From assembly GCA_013115145.1 (NCBI GenBank), contig JAAPAO010000223.1, positions 1-51,250 on the forward strand: a stretch of 51,250 nucleotides of DNA. Reading direction: 5' to 3'. The DNA is from Perkinsus chesapeaki ATCC PRA-425 (taxonomy: Eukaryota; Protista; Perkinsozoa). A program made the position numbers and the translations under genes. The notes beneath the pieces were generated by a model, which had not been told where the DNA came from, made no database searches, and saw nothing but the letters and a program-made list of their open reading frames with translations. Shown here piece after piece: positions 38,515 to 49,658 of this stretch; within the stretch, counting starts at the first letter, position 1; each line of letters starts with the position of its first letter.

Positions 38515-39418
38515 ATGGCCCCTGTAATTACTCACTACAAGTTCCGCTCCTCCAACAACACCTTCAAGGTTGATATTGCACTCAAAGAAAAGGGCCTGTC
38601 GAGCGAAGATGTCTACGTGAGCAGCATCTCGTCCCGCCTCTTGAGCACTTTGGTTTCTCAGATCGATCTCTTCAAGGGTGAACAACACTCCGCAGCATTT
38701 CATGCCATTAATAACCGTGATATGATTCCCGCTCTAACTTACGGTGACGCCAAGGTCAGTGAGAGTATGGCTATACTTCAGTTTATTGATATGGCCTTTC
38801 CTAATGAGGTGATCGCTGTTCTAGACATGGCCAAGGATACGCCCGGCTCCGTTCAGGTCTCGCTCACTCCGAAAGACCCGGTCAACCTCGGCTTGTGTTT
38901 GAAGTACATCCACGAGTTGGGCAGCTGCTTTGACCCCAAGAATATCTGCTATCAAGCTATCTTTCTGAAACAAGGAAAAGAGGAGCTTGCCGAGAAGATA
39001 GATGTCTGTTTGCTGGTTGTTAGATAAAGCCTGACTCCTTCCTTTAGGCTCTACATAAGGAGATTGCCGTCTGGGATGGCTATCTCGAGAATAAAGAGTT
39101 CCTTGCGGGAGATTCGATCAGTCTCGCCGATATTGGATTCTTCCCTATGATGGCTCAGTAAGTCGCTTCCTTACGTTCCGGCGTGCTCTAATTCACTCGC
39201 TGTAGGATGAAGTGGTGGCTGGGCTTGGACCTCGCCTCGTATCCTAATATTGACAAATGGTAGGCTCATTTTCTGTGTCGCATCGTACTTGCCTCTCTCG
39301 CAGGTACAAAGTCATGGAGCAACGCCCGAGTATCAAAGGGCACCCGTTCTTCGAGCTGGCCGCCAAACTGGATGAGACCATGGGCCTTGATCCCATCAAA
39401 CGGCGCGTTCTCGCTTAG
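38515..39418 (+). CDS. GST: Glutathione S-transferase 3, 6 exons, close duplicate of GST2
   Basis: THYKFRSSNNTFKVDIALKEK, INNRDMIPAL, SESMAILQF, SLADIGFFP; ends KRRVLA*. Pyrimidine tract plus CAG directly before the ATG. Confidence 0.92.
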
Positions 39419-39935
39419 GAAAGTATCTTCTGTATTTGTATATACCAGTTGCTTTGCATCACATTGTTAATGGCTAAATGCCAGCTCGCGTGCTATTTGA
39501 GCACCAAGCATCTTAGAAGAGGCATCTTCAAATGAGAGCCTTATTTTATACCTCCTCACACGGTATCCATTATAGGTAACAGGTTTTGAGTTTAAAACGA
39601 ATAGTAATTAGTGGCTCCCTTGTGACTAGTCGAGAGTCATGTGATACGGAGTTTCCTTGTGTGAATGGAACTGCTAAAACGCCGGTGATTTCTCATAGTT
39701 CTGGCCTCTGTCTGTTCCTGTCCGCAACTCCTATAGAGTACACATAAATTGACCGGACTTTAAGATTGAATATCGTCACAGACTCATATAAAGGATATCC
39801 CTGATTTGATCATAAAAGCCGTATTTTTCGTCCAATCCACTTGCTAAGCACAAGTGGACTAACTCCATTAATTCACTAAAAAGCTGAGCATTTCTGACCA
39901 CGCTTCCCAAGGAGTTTCCAGCATTACGTTTGGCG

Positions 39936-41121
39936 ATGAGCGACTTGGTCCTTTACACTTTCCTCCCGTCGAATAATTGTCTTCGAGTTGAAATGACCCT
40001 CAGAGAGAAGGGCCTCCCTTACGAGAGGAAGGAGGTTAGAACTTGGCAGCCTTTGAATCCTGCTTGCAATAGCCTGTCTTAGATTGACATATTCAAAGGC
40101 GAACATAAGACTAAGGAGTACCTGGCCATCAACCCCCGTGGAACGGTTCCCTGCCTGGCTCATGGACCGATCCTTATACAAGACAGCGTCGCCGCAATGC
40201 AGTACCTGGATATGGCTTTTCCTAATCAGGCAAGTCACCGTCGCTCACTGGGCTTGACAATAATTCCTCAAGGTGCCCTTGACTCCTCGTGAACCGGCTG
40301 CTATGGCAGCTTGTCTACAGTACATATACGATTTCCTACAAAACTTGAATACGAAGAACATCTCTTTCAAGGTCGTTTTTGACAAAAAGAGTAAGTCTGA
40401 TCTTACTGATGAAGCTGAGGTACGCAAGCTATCATTATGGCGCTTGTATCGCTCCGGGTCAGGCTCTACTGAAGGAGCTATCCCTATGGGAAGGGTATCT
40501 TCAAGGGAAAGAGTATCTTGTTGAAGACTTCACTTTGGCGGACATCGCGGTCTTCCCCGTTGTGTCGCAGTACTGTCTCCATTGACTGCCCAAAACATGC
40601 TTTGTCTATCACTTCAGACTTCGACAATGGCTCGGACTCGACTTGGAAAAGTACCCTAATCTTGGCCGATGGTAGCCCATAGACACATCCGCTACCGTCG
40701 TTGCTGTCCGCTTTCCTTTTCGGGACTTCTTCGTTATATATCGTCATTTGTACTCCTCATTTGCAGTAGATCTCCGTCGTATGGTATTCTCCGGTTTATG
40801 CAAAAAGATGATACATGCCCGGATGACCTCCGGTGTGGAGGGAGTCACTCCCGTGGGAATGTGCCCACGGGGATCGAAAGCGTTCCCAGTACAATGATAT
40901 AATGGAAATTTCATAGAAAATATGTTACGACGTGAAAGATGAGACTTCGTTTCCACCAAGAGCCGTTCCTCCTCGCTGTGTCTCATTGGCTTCTACTGTT
41001 CAGGTACCGCAACATGAGAGGGCGGCCGTCGATTAAAGACCACCCTTATTTCACCTGCGACGAAAAAATTGACGAGATATTCGGAACCGTAGCGGAGAAG
41101 AGGCTCGTTTTTAGAGATTGA
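39936..41121 (+). CDS. GST: Glutathione S-transferase 4, 6 exons, one GC-AG intron
   Basis: MSDLVLYTFLPSNNCLRVEMTLREK, INPRGTVPCL, QDSVAAMQY, FTLADIAVFP, LDLEKYPNLGRWYRNMRGRPSIKDHP; ends RLVFRD*. Confidence 0.9.
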
Positions 41122-41631
41122 GGGTTGTTAGAGGTTAACAGCTGAACATATGGATTTTTTGCCCTTCTACATCCATGCAGCCAGTCGTTCTCAACTGCTT
41201 TTTTTCTGTGGGACAGTTCCGAGTTTCTATCAACAAGTGTTAATTTAACTTTTACTGGTTAGCATATCTTTATAATGCTGAACCTCACATATGAGGTATT
41301 CGATCATTCGTTAGCGCCTTACAACACAATAGTGCGCCACCAGCTCGGCGTGCGGCACTCCATACCACTCACGAGACACGAAGTCCACCAATAAGAGCAA
41401 TTGTGCAATGACAGTCACATTGTGACTCGTTTGTTATAAACTCCAGCGGTCATGAGCTATGGAGGAACTTTCATATCCATACACTAGAGCTCCTATTTGG
41501 AGTGGACGCATGCGTGCAGCCAGTATTGGTCAAAAAACGCAAGCCCATAGCGGAAGATTTCTTGCAAGTATACAACGAAATAGATAAAGAGAAACAGCTC
41601 CTTTTTTAACGAAACAGCTCCTCCTCTCCAA

Positions 41632-42467
41632 ATGAGCTCCTATTACAGCTACACCGGCAAGACCTATGTGATCAATGGCAGCGAGCAGCTTGAAGCATGC
41701 AGAAACGTTTTGTAAGGACACCGTTGTGTGCGTTAAAGTATCCAATCTGTGCGCCCAGGAGAACGCAAAAAGTGGTTGGCATCGACTTCGAGTGGAACTG
41801 GGAAGCTAGCGGTGGGAGCAATCCGATTTCTCTAGTAACATCTATCTGATGATGCTGCCTACCAGACTTCGCTGTTTGCTAGATTCAGATAGCCACCGTC
41901 CAAGATGGTGTTTTCCTTTTCCGTCCCGAGAATGGACATTTCAGCCCGGTTGCTAAGGAGATACTTGGTGACTCGGTAAGCCGTTACTATCTTGCTGCTG
42001 ACTTTCACCGTGTTGCAACGCAGGCAATTCAAAAAATTTGTGTTGGTTACGAAAACAACGACGAGAGGAAGGCTGCCCAGCTCGGAATTGTCGTCCCACG
42101 GGGTACTCTAATAGACCTGATTCACGAGGCTAACAGACGCGGCCTTCCCAAAAACGGTCTGCGTGGTATGTGCGATAGTATTGGCTATAGCATTTGGAAG
42201 ACCAAGTAAAAAGTCGACTCATGCTTTCGGGTTTGACTTACATCTCCTGTTCTCAGAGACCCCGCTTTCTACCACTGGACTGGTCCTAACCTCTCCGCCC
42301 AGCAGATCAAGTATGCCGCTAATGACGCGTGGATTCTTTTATTGATAGCATCGATCTGGGGAGTCGTCAGAGTTGAAGTAAGTCTTGGACCTCCCCTATG
42401 AGTTATTGGCTCTGGTTCTCAGACAAGCACTCTGGAAAACATGAAGGCCATGATGGGTCGCATGTAG
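41632..42467 (+). CDS. Stand-alone DEDDy 3'-5' exonuclease (WRN-exo/DNA_pol_A_exo1-like), about 195 aa, 6 exons
   Basis: ExoI VVGIDFEW, followed by ISL|IQIAT; ExoII KICVGYENND; IDL; ExoIII WTGPNLSAQQIKYAANDAW. All joins are GT-AG and in frame. Confidence 0.88.
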
Positions 42468-42876
42468 GCGCGCTTCCTGATCTGGCGCCGAAGCTTCGAC
42501 ACGAATCCCATCACTTTGCTCATTAATCCGTCTGAGATGGTAGATCATGGAGTGAACGACTGTGCTAGCTTTTAGCTCTGTACGAGGGTCCTATTAATTT
42601 ACAATCCGATTTCCTATCGAACTAGATATTTCCGAGCTCCGAAGAGGCACATGTTGCGTGATAGTTAACACGACTGTCCCGAGCTGCCCCGAGCATTCCC
42701 CGCAGTAGCTATAAGATGCTCTGTTTAGAGAAGATAGCATTAAGTTTGCCTCATTGCTGAGTAACACAACGAACAAACAAACGGTTTGATTTAGACGACG
42801 ACTATTCGTGCTAGCTGGCGTTACAATGACTAACTCGAGCACTGCTATTGTCGTCCACCGACGGCATAGTTCGCCA

Positions 42877-45800
42877 ATGCTCCCTGACGAGGAGCATCAT
42901 CTCTCCCAAGGGAAACTAACGAGGAGGGCAACCATGGCGACTACTGCGGATGCCGCGGAGGCTGCCGTGTGCGCTGCACATGCACGTGAAGAGGAAAGGG
43001 AGTTTAAGAAGTCATTGAAGTCCGACGACAAGTATCAAAGCTACACCGTGAAAAGCTAACACATTTGCTCAGATTCATCATTTTAGCTGACAAACTGACA
43101 GGTCTGTTGAAGAGGCTTTCCCTGGGAGACACAACCGCCCTACTGGGCGTCGATTCATGCCGTTTTGCGTATAAGATTGGCGCTGATTTCGGTCTCATCG
43201 CCCGAAGTAGATAGACGTCATACCCCTGCTTGATGCTAAGCGTATCAGATTTGGCAATTACTCCGGACATGAGCGACCCCTCATGTTCTTGGCCATCAAT
43301 GCTTGCATCAGCCCAAAGGAGAGCGGATAAAGCTGAGAAGTGGCAACTTTCATCTCTGTCGCGTGAAGTATCTTTCTCATGCAGGAGATTCAGAGATTGC
43401 CAACTCGCCTACCTCAAAGAGGTGTCGCGGTTAAGGGACGCCAATAGCATCGGTCGAATTCTTGGCCGTGCGGATATACTGGATGATGATGTCAGCTTCT
43501 ATGACCCTATTTCGTGAGCAGGGCAAGAGCTTTACTAGCCCTGAACGCTCGAAGCGCAAGTTTCTGTTTGAGTACGTCCTTCACTTGGAGTTCCCGAGAG
43601 AACTCAATTAGCCTGACCACAGAAAGGGCAGTGTGAATAGAGTCTGCGCATATTGAACCGCAACTCTCTATTGTTCGTTCTTGGCGAAGGCGATCCGACC
43701 CATCCATTCCTTCTAACTTCTAAAAAAGGTTACGTGAGGCTAGTGAGGAGTATCGGGTTGGATGCGCTCCGGCAGCGCAAGAGGGCGAATCAAAAATATT
43801 CCATGGCATCTTAGATTTCTCGACAGCAGCACACGTGAGCTTGTCCAAACAATCATTACCGAACAACTCAAGTCGAGGGTGAGCACGCCCAAACAGTTGG
43901 GCATTAGCCCATACTTACTACAGGCTCATGATCTCGCAAAAAAAGAGCTAGCTAAGCGACGCTCAACTATGAGAGACGTGGACACTCAAGTTGATAAAAG
44001 ATTCGCGAACCTCCGAGATGTTTCTGATGAAGGTGTAAGGCACGAATCGATGTAGCAGGTAGCAAAAGCCAAAGATTCATCTCCCCGCAGGGCAGCCATT
44101 CTGAGGGCAAGGATCGACAGAGGAAAGTTATCGAACAGTCCAGTGCACAGCGCGGTGGTCGGTCCGTTCCATGAGACTCCAAGTACAGTGTTGCCGTAGG
44201 CACTACGTGCCAAGACTGTCTCGCCCGACGAGGAATGATACGGGAGCTCGAGCTGGACTTGGCGAGAGCAGAACGAATGCATCACCAAGCGGTCGAGAAA
44301 ATGGCGAAAGTGAAAAATTGGGAAATGCTCCATTTCCTGTAGCTCCGCTAGGAATTCAATGACGAGAGGAGGTTGATGCAAAGGAAGCTCGATGCACAGA
44401 ATGAGATGCTTATAACTTCCGATATGCAAGTAACTGATGCCGTTAGCTCCGGGGAGCCAGTAGTGTAATTCCGGCACTGTAAAGCGCAGATGTCCGAGAT
44501 GGCGAGCACAGCTAGGCAAGGTGGATTCTTCTCGACAACATATAATAACCCGACCGGATGGTTGTCAACTTTTGGAACTGACCCACGAGCGACATTTTAC
44601 AATACGACTTCGTACTCAAGCTCGGAGCAGCTGCGGCGGTCGCTGCAGCAATCGTAGGCTATTGACAGATCCACATTAGGGAGGGACATCAGTTTGTAGT
44701 TACGCAGAACTTGCTGATCTAATGCAAACTAAACTGAGTCAGACAACTAGTGAGAAGGATCGGGCTTATGTCGAGCGTGACGTGATGGAACAAACAAAGG
44801 AAGAGTAATCGCAATGTGCTAGTTCGGGCATGACCTGCGGCTCTAGAGCGGAAGGTCTCCTTTCAACATTGGAGCAGGAAGTAGTTGTACTAGAAGCGGC
44901 ATTAAAGCGGGAGAAGAGAAAACGGGAAAAATGCGAGAAGTTGTTGGCCGAGCAGGCCGCCATATACTCTGCGTCCAACAGACTGCGGCAGAACCCATTA
45001 GGTCACTTTACAAGGAAACATATTGCACCTCTCTCGTGTCAGGGGCATGGCCTTCGAACATGGCAGCAACAGCACGGGAGACGCCCACTGTTCAGAGCCG
45101 AACGTTCGGTTCCAATTGTCCAGAAGTATTCAAGACTTTGAACCAAGTGACGGGCGGTAGAGTATACTATCGACATCACACATATATTTAGAACCTTCGA
45201 GATGAACGCGATGAGAACGAGCGGATATGCGAGCAAAATGCCGAATTGAAAGAAGAGAACAGGAACCTTCGACTTACGCTCAACGAAATGCAGGTGAATT
45301 TGCACGTTGCTAAGTCAGTTTGCTTGGCGGCAAATCGGTGGGCTGATGTTATGCCGTTTGCAATCATTCCAGTCTGGACTTTCTAGATCATGCTGTTTTC
45401 CGGGCCTTGCGCGTTCCTGCTAAAAGCTGTTAACCAGTCAGACGTCGGTAATAAGCTTGTTAGGTGCGCCTCCAGAGAGTAAGAAAGACTGCTTCGCAGA
45501 GCAGATTAGGCAGCGACCTTGACGTTATCATCAAGAGTAGGAACACATCGTTCATCACACCTGTCCGATTTTGTTGAACAAGAGAACTCCTGGGCTGCTT
45601 TTTTGAACCATTCGACTTGGTGCTTCAGAATCCGGCTTGGAAGATTTCGTGAGCAGTGAAGGTCTCCCTCGAGAAAATGTATTCTCTCGACTCTACAAAG
45701 ACGCTGTGATTAGAGTCCGGAAGTTGGAGGCATTAAGCAAGGAGATCGCCCGAGAACAGAACAGGCTTCTCTACCAGGTGGGAGGGAAGGGCCACCTCCG

Positions 45801-47454
45801 ACAATGTCGGAGGTGCCATATCGGACCGACATGGCACTTCCTAGTGGGCTTCTGCCGAGCCACCTTGGAGCGACACGCCTCTCGCCTCGTTAGTGCTTGG
45901 CAGGTTTTTACTGTACGGATGCCGAGCCATTTGAACCGGCCGAAGGCACCACCAGCAGCAACCCGCGATCCGTAAAAGTCTCCGAACGGCGCTGATTCTG
46001 ACGACTGGCTCTCAGCTCCTCTTGTACCAGCTCGTATGAAGATATTGTTCAAGAAGCAGTGGCTACGTTGAATCAGGAACCGCTAAGGTATCTGCTGCTA
46101 TTGAGAGCCTCGCTATAATGTTTATTTAGCATAACGGCCCCCACGTTACCTCGGATGAACACGGACAATGTTTTCGAGTCCGCCCAGGTAGGGGCAGCTA
46201 GGACCCCTTAGTAGTGTGGACGCGACTGTCCAGGTGGAGAAGCATAAAGTGTTATTCGTCTACGAAGACCCGGAAGCACCTCCTCAGCAAATGTGAGCTC
46301 GACAAAATATCTTCCAACTTGAGGAGAATACAACAGTCTCCGTCCTCGGGCTTCAAACAACCCATCGCGGAGACCATCTTTGCTACACTCTTTCAGGTTT
46401 CAGTATCGCCAACCTTCCACTACTATGTATGCCATGCCCCCTTTAGTGGGGACGACTAGGCGCCGAAAGACTGGACCAAAAGGGAAGCCCAGCCCTCGGC
46501 ATAGCAGCTTAGTCTCGAAGGTCATCAGACGCCGGAAGGTGCCATTGTCCCGGAGCACACAGGGGTATAATCCGAGCTTACGTGTTGTACATCAACCTAC
46601 CTCGAATGTCGAACGATGAACTGTGCGTGTTGCGTTAACGAAACTGGAGTGTCGAGACCTAACGGTACATATTTGTTCAAGGGAAGGGTTCTCAGGTTGT
46701 ACCTTGAAGTTTATTGAAGCTCGCAGACTGAGAGTCTATTTCATGATTCATGCACGAAGTGTGAGCCTCGGAATCTGGTTACTAGGAAGCCCTGCCAAGC
46801 CTAGGGAGCATGCCCCATTTCACCACACTGCTCCGCCTAGAATGTCGTCTTTCGAGAGACTCTTCAAAAAACTTACCCAGTGATTCTTGCGAGCACCAAC
46901 AGTTCCTGTGCATGGCTTACGTGCCTACGTGTCACATGGCAAAGATCTCGGGCACTGGGGGACACTTGACTCCCTATGGAACGAGCTTGGATTGTTCAAT
47001 TTTAACAAAGAATTGTAAAGCATGCTGAGAAGAAAGTGCTGAGCACAAATGGCGCCCAGCTGGCCCAACAAAGCGGACGATTTCAGGAATAAACCGACTG
47101 GGTCTTCGGACAGAGCCCGATGAGTCCTTAGACGTAGCACTCAATTGCCACGCACCCATCAGAAACTCTCAATGGTTACGTATCAGGGTGAGATTGATCC
47201 TGTCTATAGCGTTCTAGTACATGGCACGTCACGGCATTCCCGACAACGGGGGGGTCTCACATTGTCAGGCTCAGAGACCAAAGCTCTTACAATATGGGAG
47301 AGAATGCTGGAGTTACCGGCCCGGCGGAATAGCTTCCAAGTATTCTGATACTTCCAGTTGCCGATGCAACCGAGTGTATCTCATTAAGGCTCGCTTCAGG
47401 GTCCTTAAATGGAATGGGGAGAGGCAAACCGCCGAGAGACCGGCGTCTGTCTGA
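42877..47454 (+). CDS. Multi-exon coiled-coil-rich hypothetical protein (possibly more than one gene)
   Basis: Heptad-like charged exons (AHAREEEREFKKSLK; LEQEVVVLEAALKREKRKREKCEKLL; DENERICEQNAELKEENRNLRLTLNEMQ; VRKLEALSKEIAREQNRLL). 3' end not determined. Confidence 0.45.
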
Positions 47455-47721
47455 TGCGCCATGTCTATCACTGAAGTATGCTCAGTAATGATCCCCAACG
47501 ACTCAGATCCTTGCCCACTGTTCGTGGACAAGGAGCCCACTACTACGTACCAAAAGGGGATGCGCAGTTTCCGCTAGAAGTCTCCTAGGAGCGTGCGCTA
47601 CGGCAGGGTATTCGTCTGTGAATATATCTCATCCTGGCGGTACAATAGAGGCGCCGCGAAACCGATATTATTGCTGGTTGGAAAAGTATAAACTCTAGAG
47701 GATCATATTTTTATTGTTTCC

Positions 47722-48809
47722 ATGCGATACTCGATCATCGTGCTCGTTCAGGCACATTGGTACCCCTCGGTGTATGGTCAGATAGCTTTGCCGTTCAAGG
47801 ACGGTATTATCAAGGGAATAAAGTTTGACAATGTACCGCTAAAACTACTCCTGGACACTGGTCTTAGTGGGACCTATCTTGTGTATAAGGATTGGTATGA
47901 GAGAACTTACGGGAGAGGTGCCTGCGGGCGTCTCAAAGGCGGCTGCTACTCCTGTCCTGGGAGATGCGATCCCTATGCTAGAGAGAGAAGCGTAGGCACA
48001 TTCGCTGACGGTACGACCGTGACCTCTGTTGTACATAAAGGCAGGATTGGGATTGGGAAGTATAAGCTGGAAATGTCATTTCGATTGATGATAGGCTTCT
48101 CTCCTGGTCAAGCAACGCCGGGTGTGAGGCCGGTGAATCATCTGGGACTCGCCTTTCAGACTCCTACCAGTCCCGAAACAATCCCCTTGCAGCTTTACAA
48201 TAACAAGATGATAACAAAATACGCGGTGTCGGTATGTTCCCCCGGTTATGTGCCGTCGTTTACGGGTACTCTTATACTTGGTAACTGGGATGGGTTATGC
48301 GCGATAAGGTCGCCTGTCGCTACCTTTTCCATGATTCAACCTCGGGAACACAATACGTTGGACTCAAAACTTTTCTCGTATGGGCTGGTAAGCTCTGCCG
48401 GGAGAACTTTCACGAAAGAAGTGCGAGGGAGCCCTGCTATCTATGATACCGGCGCTTTCTCTATTGTTCTTCCCAAGGGTATATTCGAGAGCCTCCTGAA
48501 CCAGCTAACGTCTTTTGCAGGGCATGGCGTATATCTCAAGACCGTTGATGATGTATGGTATATAACAGATAAGGGATACAGCTCATTTCCCGCTGTCACA
48601 TTTTCTGTCGGGAGTCAGCGGCATCCAGTTACCCTACAGATCCCGCCCAAGCAATACGCTATTGAGTGTGACGGTAGATGGTGTTTACTTGCTTTCGTGT
48701 ATGACGAAAAGCCCGACATTCTGCTCGGTCGCCCATTTTTTCAGCCTACTTCTCTTCTTACGATTTACAGTCACTAACGGTTAGCATTGCTGATTACAAA
48801 TCTCGCTAG
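47722..48809 (+). CDS. Intronless pepsin-family (A1) aspartic protease; C-terminus split by a 1-nt frameshift
   Basis: Signal-like N-terminus; two catalytic motifs LLLDTG and IYDTG; LILG; CLLAF..ILLGRPFF. The ORF stops at 48777, but a canonical-looking tail AYFSSYDLQSLTVSIADYKSR* continues in another frame to 48809. Confidence 0.88.
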
Positions 48810-49625
48810 CAACAACAATTGGTTCTTTCGTTGGTCTGTTTCAGTTGGTCTGAGCGTGTGTCTTTCGCTTTGTTACGCCAGTGTTGGGTGAAGGATTGAA
48901 AGCTTGACAAACTCCACTCCGGTGAGCGGCCCGCGGAGTTTCCCGACTTGTGCTTCTGCAGTACTGATACACATACATAATACCCCACCCAACTCTGTCG
49001 AACTCGACAGCACCCGCCCTTGGGCTATGAAACAATCCGTGACCTGGGAGATCGCAACAATCTGTGGGCAAGACATGCCAGCCACACACCGACATGGTGG
49101 CTTCCACAGATGAGCAGATCCACAATGCACTGCCTCTTGCAAACTTGCACCTCCTAGCAATTCGTTTCACTTCTTGCTCTCCAATATGTGCGTGCCGGTG
49201 CTCGCCATCTCACTGGTCTGTATGTGATCTCGACGCCGAGAATTCGTCCAAACAGGCTTTGCACCGAAATTGCGTCCGGAGGCTTCCACAGGCAGGTTTC
49301 CTCCTTAGATGCCTTAGGGACATTTTATATTTATTTGGAAGCCTCGTGTAATTCAACGTGGTAGGCTGCCGTATGAGCTTCTAGTTAATACTACGGAAGA
49401 CTGCTGCCCCCGTGCCTCTGCTGGCCCAGCAGTGCTGGGCATGCTGGGCAAAATGGGAGTTATCCTCCAGTGTGACTCTTCCTTCTTGGACTATTCCGTT
49501 TTCCGGAGTCCTAGCTGGAATCCCCATTTGATTAACGGATTTGTACCACATATAGAGCTAGTGTGGTGAGTGCACTTTCGTACATGATATGCGGCACATC
49601 ACACAGTGGGATTCTCACAGGCTGT

Positions 49626-49658
49626 GTAGTAGGGCTCGCAAATTGCGAGCCCTACTAC
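49626..49658. repeat. Perfect 33-bp palindrome (16-bp arms, 1-nt spacer)
   Basis: gtagtagggctcgcaa-a-ttgcgagccctactac. Confidence 0.97.

Noticed and set aside
34423-41515. CGCATGCG motif about 100-120 bp upstream of GST1 (34423) and the exonuclease (41507) as an AP2-like site
   Set aside because: Two hits of an 8-mer are near chance expectation, and it was not seen upstream of the other genes.
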